NCBI RefSeq assembly: GCF_001949145.1
Contig: NW_019091357.1
Span: forward strand, 370,801-434,800
Reading direction: 5' to 3'
Length of the DNA stretch: 64,000 nt
Source of the DNA: Acanthaster planci
Taxonomy: Eukaryota
The stretch's first letter is position 1, and each line of letters starts with the position of its first letter. The position numbers and the translations under genes are program-made. The notes beneath the pieces are model-generated. The model did no database searches and was not told the origin of the DNA. It saw nothing but the letters and a program-made list of their open reading frames with translations. This document shows positions 60,399-64,000 of the stretch, in pieces.

Positions 60399-60650
60399 CA
60401 GGTTGACGCCTTGGAGTTTAGATGTAATTTTGTAGACTCCTGCACTTCAAGCACAATTTAGTCCAAGAAGGATGACAACATCTCCCATTATCTGCAACTT
60501 CATATAGTGGTTCACTCTCGGTTACCATTAATCCTGAACCAGTTCCTAAACGACGACGAAGTCAAGGTGTTTCTCATCTAGTGAATGTATCTCATGAGCT
60601 GTCTTGTTCCGTGAGACGAGTGTCTAGTTCTGTCTAGAAGCTTATAAGAA
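60399..60650 (-). promoter_or_regulatory. Candidate TATA promoter and non-coding first exon (possibly of the TINAGL1-like gene)
   Basis: TATAAG on the - strand at 60646-60641; consensus donor CTG|gtaagt at 60399/60398; coding exon 1 is preceded by an acceptor at 40602-40603 that would need an upstream exon. Confidence 0.35.
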
Positions 60651-63549
60651 CCATTACTGGTATGTAATGCTAAGCAACGTGACGCCTACCACGTCGGAAT
60701 TTACTTGAAAGTTATTCCAAACCAGTCTCCTTTCTTGCACATTCCTTCTCCTCTTCGTCCCACTCAACAAAACCGGGGCTGTGTAGCAAATGAACTTGGC
60801 AAGGCGACACAAGTTCCCTAGAAAGTTCACAAGGAACAACATACAGAGTAATAGATGCAGTGAGAGAGCAAAGCCCCAGTCCACGCCTCGATGCCTCCTG
60901 AACAAACTACCATTCTGGACCAATAATGCCCGGTATTAGCCCGGCACATACTTTTGTTGAGTGGGTTATTTTACCTTCTGCATTATACTCTGTATAATCC
61001 CGGCATACCTCGGTGATTTTTTGACCCTCACGCCTACTGTGAGCAGAGTGACTCTGACGTGAGCTAAGGCTCCCCGCCTAGATTCTGCCCTGGGACTAGT
61101 CCACTTCGGATATGCTTGAATTCTTGAGACACTCTTTTGGTCAGAAAGCAGTAATCAGTGGTCAAGAACTGCTTATATAATATTCAGCCTGCCTGTCTAC
61201 ATAACGGAAACATCATTTCATTGTGCCCGTCTCAAACCAAGACACCTCCTAAGTGCATGAAATGACAACTTATCATTAAAAAAATTGGACGGTCAGATTC
61301 CTGCATATTGTGGAGGTCCCTCGTGTTCATGTTGACGTCCCCCCAATATTCGTTTTCCCACTCGTGTGATCTCATGAACTTGCCTAGTTGCCTTATTAAC
61401 ACTCACTTGCTTCCGATTAGGAGCCTCTGCTTGGCGACTATGCAGTTTACAATAAACACGTACAATCCCCATATATACCAAAGGCCTGACCAGCATGAAA
61501 ACATGCCCACCCGTCATCAAGGGATTTGGTTTTTCTACATCTACAATACAGCAGACAAACCATCGACAATCGTGCACCTTACTTGTTTGTCTTCTCCAGC
61601 GCGCCGCGTTTCAAACAACAATGATCTCGAGTTCCCTGTGATGTTAAAAATACCACCAGCGTATCGATCGGATCAGACTGGTTATTTACTCCGACTCGAC
61701 TGGTGAGGTCACATCTCGTCTGCCCGAGTAGAAAGAAGAGAAGACTGCAGAAATTGCACAGTTAGGTGCTGGTCTAATAATTTCCCGCATCATCATCATG
61801 TCAACACAGCAGTGACCTTGAAAAAAATCAATCTAGTTGCTCAAAAAATCTTAAAAAGAAACTATCATACAGCATGAGTATACAGTTATATTGGCTTTCG
61901 CAATGCATGAAAATTACAGAGACAAGTCCTGTAAAAGTTTATCGCTGATTACAGTCCCGAATTTTTTACAACATATCCATAATCTTAATTCAAAATTACA
62001 GTAGAGTAGGCCTATGAGGACGGTGTGAATCCTAGTGGAATGGATCTTGCTTAGATACCAAGCAGGTCAAAACAAGCTACAACCAGACATAGTAATTGAT
62101 AAAGTGATGGTAAAAGGACCTTTGTACTTGGAATAAACTTAAAATTAACACTTGGAGTGGCAGGTTTTCAAAGTCCTGCAAACATTTATCAAAATAAAAA
62201 ACTAGCGCTCTTTGTATGTGCGCATATCCTCCACCCCCTTCCCGTACGCGAGGTGTTTACAATGTCAGCATCCAATACGTGCTGACTTGTGGGCGGCCAA
62301 AATTTTCCAAACGCGCAGCCATTAATTTGCAAACAGCGCCCTCTACCTAAATCTAAACTAAGTCACTGCAGAACGTTCGAAGTCCCCGTTATTTTTTAAC
62401 CCAGGTTTATTCCAGGAATGTGATGTATGGTCAGAGGTGAATTGGGTGTCATAGTTTATTAGCTAGCCGTGTCAGAGATTCAAAACAAAGCAAAATAGGT
62501 GGCATAGTTGTCTCAAGGGGGCACTGAGAATATTGGTAACTAATTGATTTTCTGACAAGCAGTCAATTTGGGTAAACTGTCAGAAGTCTCGATAAGAACA
62601 TGATGCTTGGCAAGACCCAGTCTTGGTCCAAGACACTGTATACTGATTCATCGCCTCTCGGCGATGAGTTGCGGGCCATTACAAACAGTTGCAGCTTGCT
62701 CCAAGACCAGCCAAGGCCACGAACAGTCGCCTGATGTGCCGATGGGTTAGGCAAAATATGCATGCACATGTACAGTACTTCATCCTCAAAAGCCTACGAC
62801 TACGACTTGAAGAAGCAAGTCAGATCTTAAATTGTAAATGTAACAGTGGTTCATATGACTTTGGATTGCGATGATTTTGTCGGCTCATTTTTTGCTTTTT
62901 TGCAGAGAATAACAGCATTCCCATGGATCCCACTGCAAGATTGCCTGGCACCCTAGTCTAACAAGGAGGGGCAAAAGAAGCAGCGGACGATAAAAGACGC
63001 TGGGGACGGGGAAAGCGATCGCCGTCTTGCGTTGGTTAGTTACACTCGCTCCGCCAGCTGGTTGCTACTCGCTCGGAGGTCATTCATTGGAGTTGCATTC
63101 CACCAAGTTCCCATGGTGCCCTTCCTAAGTTCTTTTGTGCCGAGTTGGCCAGGCTGTCTCATACCTGCATTCCAGATTATTTTAGGAGCAATATCTCAAT
63201 GGGAAAGCTGACAGGTGGCTGTATATCCGAATGACATAAATCGAGTAAAGATGTCGAAGTTTCAATTGACTAGAAGTGCAGTGTAAAACCTTTACGTGAA
63301 AATGAACATTCCAGCATTGAACTGTTTTGTTTGGCCAAAAACGATTTATTGTTTTGTGGGTAACAACATATTTTGTCTTCCTCCGTGGACTAAATGGGTG
63401 ACTTACTGACACTGTAAAACAAGCCCACTGAGTGCCCACTTTCTGGGCAAAACGCGCTTGATAGGATTATCTCATTTTTGTTTTTGTTTATTTTTTACAT
63501 TCTTTGGACTAGCTATTTCAAGGTTTGGGCTAAGACTCTGCTGAAGGTT

Positions 63550-63674
63550 ATCAAATCAGCGCTCTCTTGAGAGAAGGTGTATTTTCAAGTGGAACTGTGA
63601 CTCTGCTTATGGTTATAGATCAATTCAGCGCTCTCTTGAGAGAAAGTGTATTTTCAAGTGGAACTGAGACCCTG
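63550..63674. repeat. Direct duplication, 69-bp period x 2
   Basis: atcaa.tcagcgctctcttgagagaa.gtgtattttcaagtggaactg.gac at 63550 and 63619. Confidence 0.9.
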
Positions 63675-64000
63675 ATTTTTTTCGTTTTAACCTTATGTCC
63701 CACCCTGAAGCACGTAAATATGAATAAGATCATAGAATGAAAAAAGTTCCACAATTACGTCGCTAGATGTTTGGTGTTCTATCTAGAAATACCTTTGAGA
63801 AATTGGGAAAGGTAAACCGAATCTTTGATTTCAAACTAAGCCATATAAATGTGAAAAACCTACATACTAGAGGCAGCAGGTGTTTAATCATCACAATTGC
63901 ATTTAGATCATCAAGAGTTTTATCCGGTCTTGTCGACCGCGACTTTATGAACACGAACATCTTTCCCGAATTTCACATCCTGCACACATCACAAGAATTC

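Noticed and set aside
51518..61706. ORFs 51518-51907, 53463-53930, 59996-60301 and 61308-61706 as genes
   Set aside because: They have no recognisable domains and no consistent splice chain, several use non-ATG starts, and their lengths are expected by chance.
62335..62350. CTCF-like motifs (also ~30145-30160 and ~40370-40386)
   Set aside because: They are only partial consensus matches and cannot be supported without PWM scoring or ChIP data.

Overview
This is eukaryotic, intron-rich, AT-rich genomic DNA from an animal. It is probably a marine invertebrate deuterostome such as an echinoderm, which is an inference from repeat content and exon architecture only. There are three N-gaps. Two spliced genes were reconstructed by hand, both on the minus strand with GT-AG boundaries and consistent phases. 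The first is ArfGAP1 (12 coding exons, 4336-29824, 518 aa). The second is a TINAGL1/Swim-like catalytically inactive cathepsin-B-like protein (9 coding exons, 35286-40465, 454 aa), followed upstream by about 23 kb with no recognisable CDS. The rest is introns and intergenic DNA with MITEs (hAT-like, piggyBac-like, long-TIR), short hairpins and tandem repeats. No prokaryotic-type system, CRISPR array, tRNA/rRNA gene or transposase ORF was found. The strongest unexplained signal is splicing architecture in ArfGAP1. A 714-nt stretch upstream of exon 11 has no AG dinucleotide, with a CTAAC branch point and pyrimidine tract at its far end, about 720 nt from the acceptor. It also carries a dense YCAY cluster, and the exon it precedes is in-frame skippable and encodes coat/adaptor-binding-type motifs. 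Twin telomere-tipped hairpins bracket exons 5-7.
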